Shown: positions 1 to 10,470 of the stretch, one piece after another
Layout of the letters: every line of letters begins with the position of its first letter
How positions within the stretch are numbered: the first letter of the stretch is position 1
Assembly (NCBI GenBank): GCA_013239625.1
Contig: MU054212.1
Coordinates: 2,976,001-3,040,000 of the forward strand
Source of the DNA: Lama guanicoe
Taxonomy: Eukaryota
Direction of reading: 5' to 3'
DNA length: 64,000 bases
The notes under the pieces: model-generated
What the model was told of the DNA's origin: nothing
Databases searched by the model: none
The model's input: the letters and a program-made list of their open reading frames with translations, nothing else
Made by a program: the position numbers and the translations under genes

Positions 1-1176
1 ATTCAACGAATTGAATAATCTGTTTTCATCATCATGTAGTAGAAGTCTTATTACAGTTACTTTCCTAGTACTTAGGTAGGATAATTTGTACAATAATTAC
101 TGAATATTCTCCAAAATAAGTACCTCACGTCAGAGTAATGTGAATGGCCAGTAAATTACTATTACTTAAATATGTCTGAATCAAGCTATCATTTCCCATC
201 CTATGATGCAAGCCCTGGCAAAGAATTATAAACAAGAAAATCTCACAGCTTAGAAGAGAGACCTCTAGTGTGTGTTAGAGAACTTTATATTGGGCTTCAG
301 GCATAATGAATACAGCAAAATCACTGCAGTCATTTTGAATACTGTGGTGGGAGATTTTTTTTTTTTTTTGCCAACAATCATTCACGCTTGGTTCACTTCA
401 AAATTTCTTCCCAGCAAATGTATGATATTTTTGCCTAATCAGTTCCTTTCTTTTTATAAATATAACTGCCTAAACCAACGAAGTTTTCTCTGGGATGCAA
501 AGTTTTAAAATTCAATGATCACCTTTGCGACCTAATTAGTAAACATGAAACCTACTGTCGTCATAACAATTGCTAACAATTCTTTCCATTCAAGCAGCAG
601 CAGGACACCCGAGCCAAATTGTTGTAGTCAGTGTGTAGTCTTCTGAACACCAGCCCCTCCTGGTAAACCAACTGCCACACAAACATAAACACGCGGAATA
701 GATGGGCACACTGCCCATTATCCAGGAGACAAATGGATCCACTACTATTTCAAATTCACCAAGTAGGTTAGCTGTTAGTTTCCACAGATTCCCACATATG
801 CAGGTAAATTCCTTGATGTAAGATCAGGTTTGATGAATCATTCTATGGCATCAGCCTCTGCCTTTAAAAACTCTTTTATTTTCTCCTTTTCCACATTAAA
901 AACACATCTGAGATACACACAGACAGTATTTCTCTAAAACACACACACACATACACACAAAACAGGAGGTCTCTTAAGGAGTCTACTGCTGAGAAGGTAA
1001 AAGCATTTTGCTCATTTTTAATTTGCTAAAACAATCCAAGCATGCTTGGTACCCAGAGGGTATTCTCAAATAAACTTGTATCTCTAGCTGCCAGCTTAGT
1101 TGATTGAAAACAGAAGGCAAACGTTTCTTAAAGAATGAGTATGTTAAACTGTTACGTCCCTCCCAGCTCCACCACG

Positions 1177-1185
1177 GACACACAC

Positions 1186-1227
<42 letters not shown>
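1177..1227. repeat. (CA)n microsatellite
   Basis: Long CA run, preceded by a ggacacacac unit. Confidence 0.95.
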
Positions 1228-1231
<4 letters not shown>

Positions 1232-2005
1232 AGGATTTGCTCGAAAGCAGCCAGTTCTACGATCTGGGAGATAATGCAGCATTTGTACCAAATAACTTCT
1301 GCCTACTGCGGGGCACGTCTGAGCGAGGAAGCCAGTGTGGGCAGTTCCTGCGTGCCTTTCTCCACGCACAAAGCCGACACCCAACTTTGCTAACTTAGTT
1401 GGCTCCCGCCCAGCCGGCCCCCGAAGCACAGTCACGGTGAAAACGTTTTAATACCAGAAAATCATTTCCACGGCACAGTGCAAGTGTTCGAAAGCACAAA
1501 GGCAGGCACTGTCGACCCGCGCTAGATAGGAAGTTGCGGTACTCGGGGCGGCGGCGCGGAGCACGCGTCCAGGTAAGGGATTCCTGCACCAAGGCTCCCG
1601 TTTCCTCGTCCTGGTGGGTTTGGGGGCTCTACCTCACTTTTCACGCGAATTCACCAGAACGCGCCCCCGACTCGGTTCTTTTTCCAGGAGGCGCTTACTC
1701 TATTTTCCAGCCAAGTCCCTCTGGGGGGCGGGAGAGGAAGCACACTCCACATTTCAATAAAAAGGGGCGGCGGGGGTGGGGGCTGGGGGGAGCAAAGAGG
1801 TCAGAAAAGAGCCGAACTGTATCCCTCCCGCCCACCTCTCTGCCCCAAGCACCGGTTCAGACGGCGGAGACGGGAGGCGGTCAGGAAACTCTGTCCCTTT
1901 AAGGGAACCTTGGCCGCCAGAAGGGGAGGGAAGGATGCGGGCTCCGGACTCGGCGCTGCAGGCACCGCGGAGCCGAGGCGAGCGCAGCAAAGCCACAGCC
2001 ATTAC

Positions 2006-2205
2006 CTGCAGCGCTCACATCCTTCCCCTGCCCCGGCGCCCCCTCGCCGGTCCCCGCCTCCCAGGGAGACCTCTAATCCGGAGCACGTGCCTTGCCCTTT
2101 ATCAGGGGAGGAGGTGGCGAGAAAGAGAAATGAGAGCTTTTTAAAAATAAATGGAACGTTTGCACCCAAAGCGGGGGGTGGGGGGCTGGAAAAGGGAGGG
2201 GGTGG
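2006..2205 (-). other. Alternative first exon of the same minus-strand gene (5' end unknown, may lie in the N gap)
   Basis: Minus strand ...ggatgtgagcgctgCAG|GTAATG donor after 2006, inside the CpG island, 1023 nt from the 3029 donor. Confidence 0.55.
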
Positions 2206-2658
2206 NNNNNNNNNNNNNNNNNNNNNNNNNNNNNNNNNNNNNNNNNNNNNNNNNNNNNNNNNNNNNNNNNNNNNNNNNNNNNNNNNNNNNNNNNNNNNNN
2301 NNNNNNNNNNNNNNNNNNNNNNNNNNNNNNNNNNNNNNNNNNNNNNNNNNNNNNNNNNNNNNNNNNNNNNNNNNNNNNNNNNNNNNNNNNNNNNNNNNNN
2401 NNNNNNNNNNNNNNNNNNNNNNNNNNNNNNNNNNNNNNNNNNNNNNNNNNNNNNNNNNNNNNNNNNNNNNNNNNNNNNNNNNNNNNNNNNNNNNNNNNNN
2501 NNNNNNNNNNNNNNNNNNNNNNNNNNNNNNNNNNNNNNNNNNNNNNNNNNNNNNNNNNNNNNNNNNNNNNNNNNNNNNNNNNNNNNNNNNNNNNNNNNNN
2601 NNNNNNNNNNNNNNNNNNNNNNNNNNNNNNNNNNNNNNNNNNNNNNNNNNNNNNNNNN
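2206..2658. other. Assembly gap (453 N)
   Basis: Run of n inside the CpG island. Confidence 1.
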
Positions 2659-3028
2659 GGCTCCGAGAGCCGCGGCCGCTCCGCTCCGAGAGCCGGAACC
2701 GGGCCCCCAGATCCGGAAGCCCGGCCCCGGCGCGCCGACTCCCGGCCTCCCGGCCCCGGCCGGCCGCGCCCGCTCCTGCTGCCCGCTCCGCCCCGCTCGC
2801 GCCCGGGGAGGAACGCCGAGGAGCTGCGGGAGCAGCCCCGGAGGAGGCGGCGGCCGCTGCCCCGCCGCCAGTCCGAGCGGCTCCCGAGCCGCGGCAGCGG
2901 GCTGTGTGTGTGCGAGTGTGCCGCGCTCTCGCCCCATGCCTGGCACATGCGTAAAAGCGAGTTGCGCCCAAAGTCCCAGCCATACCCTCCTTAGCAAATA
3001 ATAACAAACCCAAACCGTCAGATCTTAC

Positions 3029-3640
3029 CTGAAACATTGAAGCACAAAGTCTCTCTCCAAGTCCCCTTTTCCTTTTCCTCTCCCCCCTTTTCCGATTTCT
3101 CTCCCAGCGATCTGCTCGGCTCGCCACACCAGAGAGAAATGCAATAGCTTGGCTAAGGTAGACAGAACAAAATACAGAGAAGAGTTGCTCCAGGGCTTTG
3201 AAACCCCTCAAGGCAAGGATCAGGATACAATTAGCTCATGCCTCTACCTCCAGTCTAAATCAATCTCCAAAATAAAACTTAAATCAAATTAGCTGATCAC
3301 AGGGCAGACAATTGATCTCCTTCAAAAATAAATCTCTACATAGACGTATAGATAAATATACATATAGGAAATTTTCCCCAGTTTTTTGGGGGGGGGGTAG
3401 AGAAACAGTCTTATTCCAGCCTCCAACTTGCTTTTTACCCTCCTCTTGCACAGAAAAGCTGATTTTAATCGTTGTGATTAGTTTTGATGTAACGTTTCCG
3501 CGGGCGATTTCTGCAAATGGATGGAGTGTTTCTTTGCCAAAAGAGGGAAAAGCAGCAGATGATGATAATTATAAGGATTGTTGGTTGTTTCTTTTTATTT
3601 GTGTTTAGGGCTCTCTCTTCACTTTCTCAAGTTGACCTGA
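3029..3640 (-). other. GLIS3: Non-coding (5'UTR) first exon, tentatively GLIS3 exon 1; 3' end fixed by the donor, 5' end approximate
   Basis: Minus strand reads ...gagagactttgtgcttcaATGTTTCAG|GTAAGA, a strong donor after 3029, at the CpG island edge. Gene name and ~0.6 kb length come from my recollection of the human GLIS3 5'UTR and are unverified; no coding exon in the window confirms them. Confidence 0.5.
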
Positions 3641-3990
3641 CATTGCGGTTACACCGAGGTCGGCAACTTGTTGATGAGGGTCACCGCCCTGTCTGATCAA
3701 AGGATAGGTGATAATTTGGCAATAGAGCAGCACATTTTTGGTTCCTTTGGCGACATAACGTCCCAAATGACGTGGATAAAAATAAGCACATGCAGTCTGC
3801 TTTGCCCCAATCAAGTCTGAATCAGCGCCTGGGGGTGATACACAAACTCATTTCAAATGTTCAACCATGCAGAATTGCAAAAAGATTGAAGGAGTTACCC
3901 TGCATTTTTTTTCAATAGCCAAATTAAAAGAAAACAAAACCTACATTAGGTGTAGCCAAGGACCTACCGTTTAGGTTTATTTGATCAGCC
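3590..3990 (-). promoter_or_regulatory. Candidate proximal promoter upstream of the first exon
   Basis: Repeat-free block with CCAATCA (3807), TGACGTGG (3768), ATCAAAG TCF/LEF (3696), TGCGGTT RUNX (3644) and TGACCT nuclear-receptor half-site (3633). Confidence 0.55.
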
Positions 3991-4798
3991 TGGTAAACAT
4001 ACCTCCCCTGCTCCCTTCTCTTTTTCTTCTCCCTTCCCTCCACCTGGTATCTTTTATGGAGGGGTTTGTATAATTCCATTATTTGCTCAACAGAGCTAAA
4101 AAGACTCTCACATAAACACATTTCCCCAGATTGCTACTCTAGTTCTGACCTCCCCCACTCCCCATCACTTCTTCCTCCCTGGGTCTTTGTTCAAAAAGAC
4201 TGTGCCTGAGCCAGTCCTTATCTTAATTCTCTTTAGTTAGAGTGGGATGTTTGGTTGTAACTCAAGGGTCACCTCCCATTAGTGTTATATCTGTGCAGGA
4301 TACTTTTTGAAATGGTATTTTTTTTTGAGCACTTCACAGTTCATTAATTCAAAGACTTTGCTGACATTTCTTATGAAAAAGACCAGGCTGTAAGGCCAAG
4401 GATACTAAAAAAAGAAAGAAAGGGGGGAAAAAAACCCTAAATAGAACCAGACATGTCCTGTGAATACCTGCAATTGGCAGGATTTCACAGGAACTATTTT
4501 TTTTAAGCCAGCCTTTTACCTTGAAGGTCAGCAGCCTCTCCAATACCAGCAGAGAAGGGAAGGTCCAAGCTTTGAAAATGTGTAGTTGATCAGATCAGTG
4601 CTGTCATGACAAGAGAGATTAATTTCATCATGAGAATCAGGGGTGTTGGTAGATTTTTTTAACATTAATAAGTTCATATGACATAGGAGTCTGGTTTGAG
4701 AACATCAATACCTTATATATAGCAAGAAAAAAAGAACACCTTTACAAAACAACTCAAAATTACGTTGTTCTCCGCACATTCTCTTTCATTCTCCCCTC

Positions 4799-4834
<36 letters not shown>
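4799..4834. repeat. (CA)n microsatellite
   Basis: Perfect CA run of about 17 units. Confidence 0.95.
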
Positions 4835-4837
<3 letters not shown>

Positions 4838-5049
4838 TAGATGTATTCTCTGATCTGCAATCAAAAATTTTAAATGTCTACAAACCCCCAAATTCAATTG
4901 AATAAAACTTTGTTCTTGCCCCCAAATGGCACTAACTGTTAATATAGGAGAACTTGAGAAGAAACAGCCTCAATTCATTGATATGACTTAATACATTAAA
5001 GGTATGGCCTAAGGTGACTTTAATCCAAGTCTGGAGAACTGTGTATCAT

Positions 5050-5170
5050 TGTCCTGGAATGTTAGGGCTGGGAAGGACCTTTGGGGGAGGGCAGCTGGTC
5101 CTCTGCCCATCCATTTACAGATGAGGAGACTGGAGCAGCTTGCCCAAGGTCACAAGTCAGCCACTGACGG
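5050..5170 (-). mobile_element. MIR-family SINE fragment
   Basis: ccatttacagatgaggagactg...cttgcccaaggtcac, reverse of the MIR core. Confidence 0.75.
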
Positions 5171-5439
5171 GGCCAAGAGAAGGCCACAAGAGGCAGGACA
5201 AATGAAAGATGTCCCCTGGAAGGCACTCACCTTGAGAAACTGTGCGGCATTCTAAATTCTGCTGACAAAGCTTAAACCATATTTCCGGAATTCCCTTTCT
5301 GGAATTGTTCTTCAAAGCCTGTTAGCACATTCTTTTTAACATCTCCGATGTCAACAGATCTTGTCCTTTGATGTTTAACACCCCCCCCCCAAATTAGTAC
5401 CAGATCTGAGGAATAAGTGAATGATGAATGTAGTTTATG

Positions 5440-5650
5440 CTAGTTAGAGTCAAAAAAGAAAATGTGGCTAAAAACAATAAGGCCAGTTTTCTTATTGGCA
5501 TTTAAATGGACTGAAGACAATTCTGAAAACATTCTGAGCAATGGAATTACTGGGGCTTTGTTTTCCAAGATAGCTACTCTGAAAGGAATAATAGTCATTT
5601 GAGCAAATTAAGTTCTGAAATGTTGGTTTTTAAGATGCTTTATTCCTTCA
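5440..5650. mobile_element. Ancient mariner-like DNA transposon fragment (MARNA-like)
   Basis: ccaagatagctactctgaaaggaataatagtcatttg...aagttctgaaatgttgg resembles the recalled MARNA end. Confidence 0.4.
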
Positions 5651-7544
5651 GAATGACATCACTTACAGAAAGATGAACCTTTTGAACATTAGGTCACTGA
5701 CATTTTGAAGTGATCCAGCCTATTTGGTTGCTCACTGAATGTCTGGTAATCCAGCGGCAAAGAGACTGCAGTCAGATCTTATTTTATTGTGGTGAGGACC
5801 TTAATGTTCTTGCACTGTGAAGGAGACTCAAAGTTGAGACTACTGGGATTCCGAGCGAAAAGTTCTTTTGTCCTGTACAACCCAAAGAGATGAAACACCT
5901 TCATGACCTTCAAGTCCAGGGTGATGACGACTTATTTTACATTTTAAAACAGATTTTTAATGAAGTGCATGGGAAAAGCGGGGTCCATATCTTGCCAAGT
6001 ACAAGATATGAACTCACTGACTTTCTTTCAATCAACTCCTACAATCCTAACATTACCCCAAAGTACTTTTTATCTAATTAATACTTGTGTAAGTGAACTT
6101 TCGCATTTTGTGATTTCTATGGGGCTTTTTTTTTTTTGCCACTCATTAAGAAACTGGGAAAAAGAGTATATTAATAAATCCTTCTAACCTCTTTTTTCAA
6201 TCGATCGTTGAAGTGAGACCAGCAGCCTAAAAACCATCAGCAACCCGGAAGACAATGGCAATAAAATTGGCAGCAAGAAAACAATCAAAAAGAAAACACA
6301 GGCCTCTGTTTCCATCTTCCAGGGTTTCACTGTCAAAATGAATGCCAACAGTTTTTAAAGGCAAAAAAAAAACAAAAAAAACAATGATAGGATATGTTGA
6401 ATGGAAGCCAGGAGCTTGACAGAAAAAAGTTTGGCCCTAGGACCGCTGAGGAAGAGAAAGCGACAGCCCCTGCTGATATTAAGGTAGGGACAGCTCATTT
6501 GGTTTCCTCGTAGTCACCCAACCCTCAAATCACAAATCTGCACAGAAATCATGGCTTGGTCCAGGGGTAGCCCTGCGGTGCAGTCTTGGTGGCGATTTGA
6601 CGAGATGTGGACATTAGTGGCTGAGATGAAATGTGAAATTGAAGAGCCCTTCACTGAAGCAGCCAGACACCCAGATCAAAGTTAGAAATTCCACTGCACT
6701 TTCCGTTAGGAAGAAGAAAGAAACCTTGGCCCTTGAGTTCAGCCAGGACAGGCGTGGGTATCACCAGCCACGGCAAGGCCGCCCCATTTTCCTCCCTTCA
6801 GATCACTAAATGCCAGTGTTTCCGACATTGCTCCAGTGGGATCCACCTATAACTGCACTGACAGGCCCTTTAACACTGGAAGCAAATTATGTTGTTTTCT
6901 TTTATCTTTAAGTCATTTTTTTGGAGGAAATCACCTGTTTTTTATCAGCCAACCCGAAACTCCCCCTAACACTGTGGAATGTGCACGTTTTCCTGGAGTT
7001 GAATAGAAGCATTAAGGAGCTCAGACAGAATGGGCTTGTGATTCCTGGAGGTTCGCGTCCCCAGCCACCACCTGTTTATAATTAGCCCTTGGAAAACATC
7101 TTAGTTTTCTGTCTCACTGTCCAGGTTAAGAGTCTATGTATCTCACTTTCCAAAAAGGTCGATCTTCTAGTGGTGGCGGATCTGCTGACAGGCACCAGGT
7201 TCATCTCACCCATAATTCTGAATAGAAGCAGATTAACACGTCCTCGTACTGAGGTCCTTAAATCAGTTTGGTTTTTTACCAGAGTTTACTGATGAGAATC
7301 TCAAGTTATGAAGCATCGCAGAAGGCAAAGGCAGAAATGAACCTTAGCTGGGTGGAATGCCCCGTATCTGGTTTGATGCAGAAATACATTCGTTGTCAAG
7401 GATGTCAAGGATGTCTCTACATTACTGGCATTTAGAATTCTTTGCTGGACGTGCAGTCACATTCTAGATGTTGAATAGCTAATTGCAGGTCGGTGTCATG
7501 ACTCTCGGTAAGTCCCCGTCGTAGCTCTGCACCTTAACTTTCAG

Positions 7545-7705
7545 TGTGACCTGATCCTTGGTTTCTTCAGGCATAAAATAGGAATGAACATTCCTATCCT
7601 GGAGCTTTATTTTGAGGTTAAATGGGATAACATGTGGAAAGTATTTAGAACTGTGTCCAGCACACCAAGATTTCTCAGTAAATGCTAGCAATTAATATCA
7701 TTATG
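7545..7705 (+). mobile_element. MIR SINE
   Basis: tgaggttaaatgggataacatgtggaaagtatttagaactgtgtccagcacac...ctcagtaaatgctagc, MIR 3' half. Confidence 0.75.
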
Positions 7706-7967
7706 GTTTATAGTAGTTGTTGAATAAATAATGTATTCCATGGCAAAGTATTGCCTGTTTATGTTAGTAGCAGGGAAGAAGGCTATTTATGCAATGGGAG
7801 ACACCTAATTTATTGACATTTCTATGGCTGATCTTTTCTCAAGATTACTAAATTTCATTTTATTATGTCATCTAGAGACCACACAGACACCTTACCTTCT
7901 CATGCAAAATAATGGGGGAAATGAGATTTTTCTCCAAGATAAATTAGCGATCAAAGATCCCATATCA

Positions 7968-8058
7968 TATGTATACGTATAACTGAATCTCTTTGCTGTA
8001 CACCTGAAACTAACATTGTAAATCAACTACACTTCAATAAAAAATAAGAATAAAAAAA
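7968..8058 (+). mobile_element. 5'-truncated artiodactyl-type L1 3' end
   Basis: tataactgaatctctttgctgtacacctgaaactaac...aataaa plus poly-A; target-site duplication (TSD) aaagatcccatatca (7953) / aaagatcctgtatca (8059). Confidence 0.85.
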
Positions 8059-9899
8059 AAAGATCCTGTATCAATGCTGCTGCTGACGGGGGAAGACTCT
8101 TTGTTCCTTTAGGGATCCTTGATTTTGACAAGACTGTCTTACACAGAGAAAACAATTAATTAAGCATTTTGTGTAATTGCTTGTGTAAGAAATGGGACTC
8201 AGCTAGGATTTGGCCATGAACTTCTTTCTTCATGATTACTTGCATTTTGCCTTTCAGGAATTACAGAATCAGTACAAGCAAGTGCTTTAAAAAACCAAAA
8301 TTAAAAAAAGAAATACAGTTTGGAAACTTCAGAAGAGATGAACTTCAGGGCTGATTCACATCTTCAAGAAATTGTCTAACCAACTAATCCCATCGTATTA
8401 GCCAATTTCCTCCATTCTCCAGTTTACGTATATCCTTCTTTCCCACGCTTTAGACCATAATCATTTTCAGACTGTTCCATAGTCATTTTAAAGCTATGCA
8501 GGGGTTCTTTTAAGGAAACATTTTTAATAAGATAAACATTTCATCAGCTATTTTGTTCTATTTCCTATTTCAGCACCTCACAGTAAACTAGCTGGCACTG
8601 AAAGGAACTTCTTTTGCAGTGGGATACGCTTCATGCTCAGCCCAGCCGACAGAGAGCCACTTAGCTTTGCTTCACTGTTCTTCTGTCTGAACCAAGACTG
8701 TTCATGAGAAACCCCATAATACAACTGAGGCCCCTCGGGGGCACCGTCTACATTTATGTAAGTTATCTCTTCGTGCATCCTTTGGGTGTCAGAACCTCTC
8801 AGCTTTGCTAACCATGGAATATCTGCCTTAAGCATATCACTAACTTTAAAACTCTAATGATATGGATGTCATATTTCGATTTCTAAAAACTCTTTCCCTG
8901 TTCTCTCCCTGAAAAAGACCCTATAAAACATATCCAATGGGATCATCCTGTGATTAAAAACATAACATCTATTTAAAAGAAAAAGAATTGTGAATATCCC
9001 TGTAGTTAAAAACAAACCCAAGCACAACAACGAAATGCCTGGTCAAAAAATAATAATTAAACAAGAAACAAACATATTACTCTATTCTTCAGGACATGGT
9101 AAGAGACACTATAAACAAATTGCTACAGGAAACAAGAATCTGTGTTCTTTCTTTAAAGTCATCAAGAGAGAAAGCAGTTTCTAGAGTTTTACTGAGTATC
9201 AGCCTGAGTAGTTAAAGTGGGCACTGGGGTGGGGGGAGCAAATTGACAGGGCTGTTCACTATGGGCGTTTAAATGATTTCCACATGATTCTTAATAATAA
9301 CATTCATGATACTAGTGATAAGAAACAATTATGAGTGATGGGAGGGGACTTCAATTGTATAAAGACCATCTGGCTGTGAGAGTCAGACGTGAAATTCTAA
9401 AATCCTCAATCTGTCCCTCTGAGGTTGCGTGGTAGATAATGGATATCTTAATTTTTTAAAAAAGAAAAACCATATCCATTGTACCAAATGTACAGCAGCT
9501 CCTGCTGAGAGAACAAAGCCTGTGTGTCTATTTCGTCTCTAATTTTTTGACGTCTCTCACAAAACAAAGGCTCTGTGAAAGAGCTCATAAGATCATGATA
9601 TTAATTCATCAGTCTTTCATGTTATTTGCGTGCTTCTGAAGATTTTTTTAATCGGTAAAGCATTCTGATAATCCTATGATTCCTCCTTTCTCCCAAAAGG
9701 AGGAGCAAGAATGTTTTGCTGTGGGAAAAAAGCCTACTAAAAACTCTTTCTGTGGGAATGCGAAATAAAAAAGAGGAAGCATCTAACTCAGAACCTGGCA
9801 CGTAGTCAATATTAGTAGATATGCCGTTTTAGTTTTATTCGTTATACCTAGGATTTAGCTCTTTCTAATTTTTTTAACGTCCTGGCCATGTCACAATAT

Positions 9900-10175
9900 C
9901 GTGGGGCTCAAAGAACAAGTATTGCCTGATTCCACTTTTGAGGGATACCTACAGTGGCCAAATTCATAGAGGCAGAAAGGTCGTTTCTGGGAGCTGGGGA
10001 AGAGGAGGGAGTGTGGTTGTGTAACAGATAGAGAGGTTCGATTTGGGAAGATGAAAAAGCTGTGGAGATGGACAGTGGTGAGACTTAACACAACAACATG
10101 AATGAACTTAATGCTATTGAACTGTATACTTAAAAATGATTAAAATGGTGACTTATCTATAATTTACCACCACCA
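9900..10175 (+). mobile_element. L1MB-type LINE 3'UTR fragment
   Basis: aaattcatagaggcagaaag...gatgaaaaagctgtggagatggacagtgg...gaactgtatacttaaaaatg. Confidence 0.8.
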
Positions 10176-10227
10176 CAACAAACACAGGAAAAGCTGAACA
10201 AATATCTCTTTAAAAATGTAGTGGGGG

Positions 10228-10470
10228 TTTGCAGATACTAACTAATATACATAAAATAAATAAATAACAAGTTTATACTGTATAGCACAGGGAGCTCTAT
10301 ATTCAATATCTTGTAGTAACCTATGGCGGAAAAGAATATGAAAACAAATACATGCGTACCTCAACATGACTGAAGCATTGCGCCGTACACCAGAAAGTGA
10401 CACAACATTGTAAACTGACTATACTTCATTTAAAAAATAATAAAAAATAAAACCCTTCTGCTCATAAAAA
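10228..10470 (+). mobile_element. Young camelid-type L1 3' end
   Basis: ctgtatagcacaggg...ctgaagcattgcgccgtacaccagaaagtgacacaacattgtaaactgactatac; TSD aaaaa(t)gtagtggggg at 10212 and 10471. Confidence 0.85.

Larger units (their letters stand above)
1300..3130. promoter_or_regulatory. CpG island / multi-start promoter of a minus-strand gene (tentatively GLIS3)
   Basis: Very high GC and CpG density against an AT-rich background; GGGGCGG Sp/KLF boxes (1546, 1764); G-tracts; splice donors inside the island. Confidence 0.9.

Noticed and set aside
3029..3037. MFQ start suggesting a FOXP1 internal promoter
   Set aside because: I found no FOXP1 poly-Q exon (ALQVARQLL) upstream in the window, where it would be expected.
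1910..3211. Long ORFs of 267-363 aa
   Set aside because: They span the 453-N gap and GC-rich, stop-poor island sequence; no recognisable domain.
7394..7415. Short tandem duplications (tgtcaagga x2; similar at 51675 and 53100)
   Set aside because: Ordinary slippage duplications.
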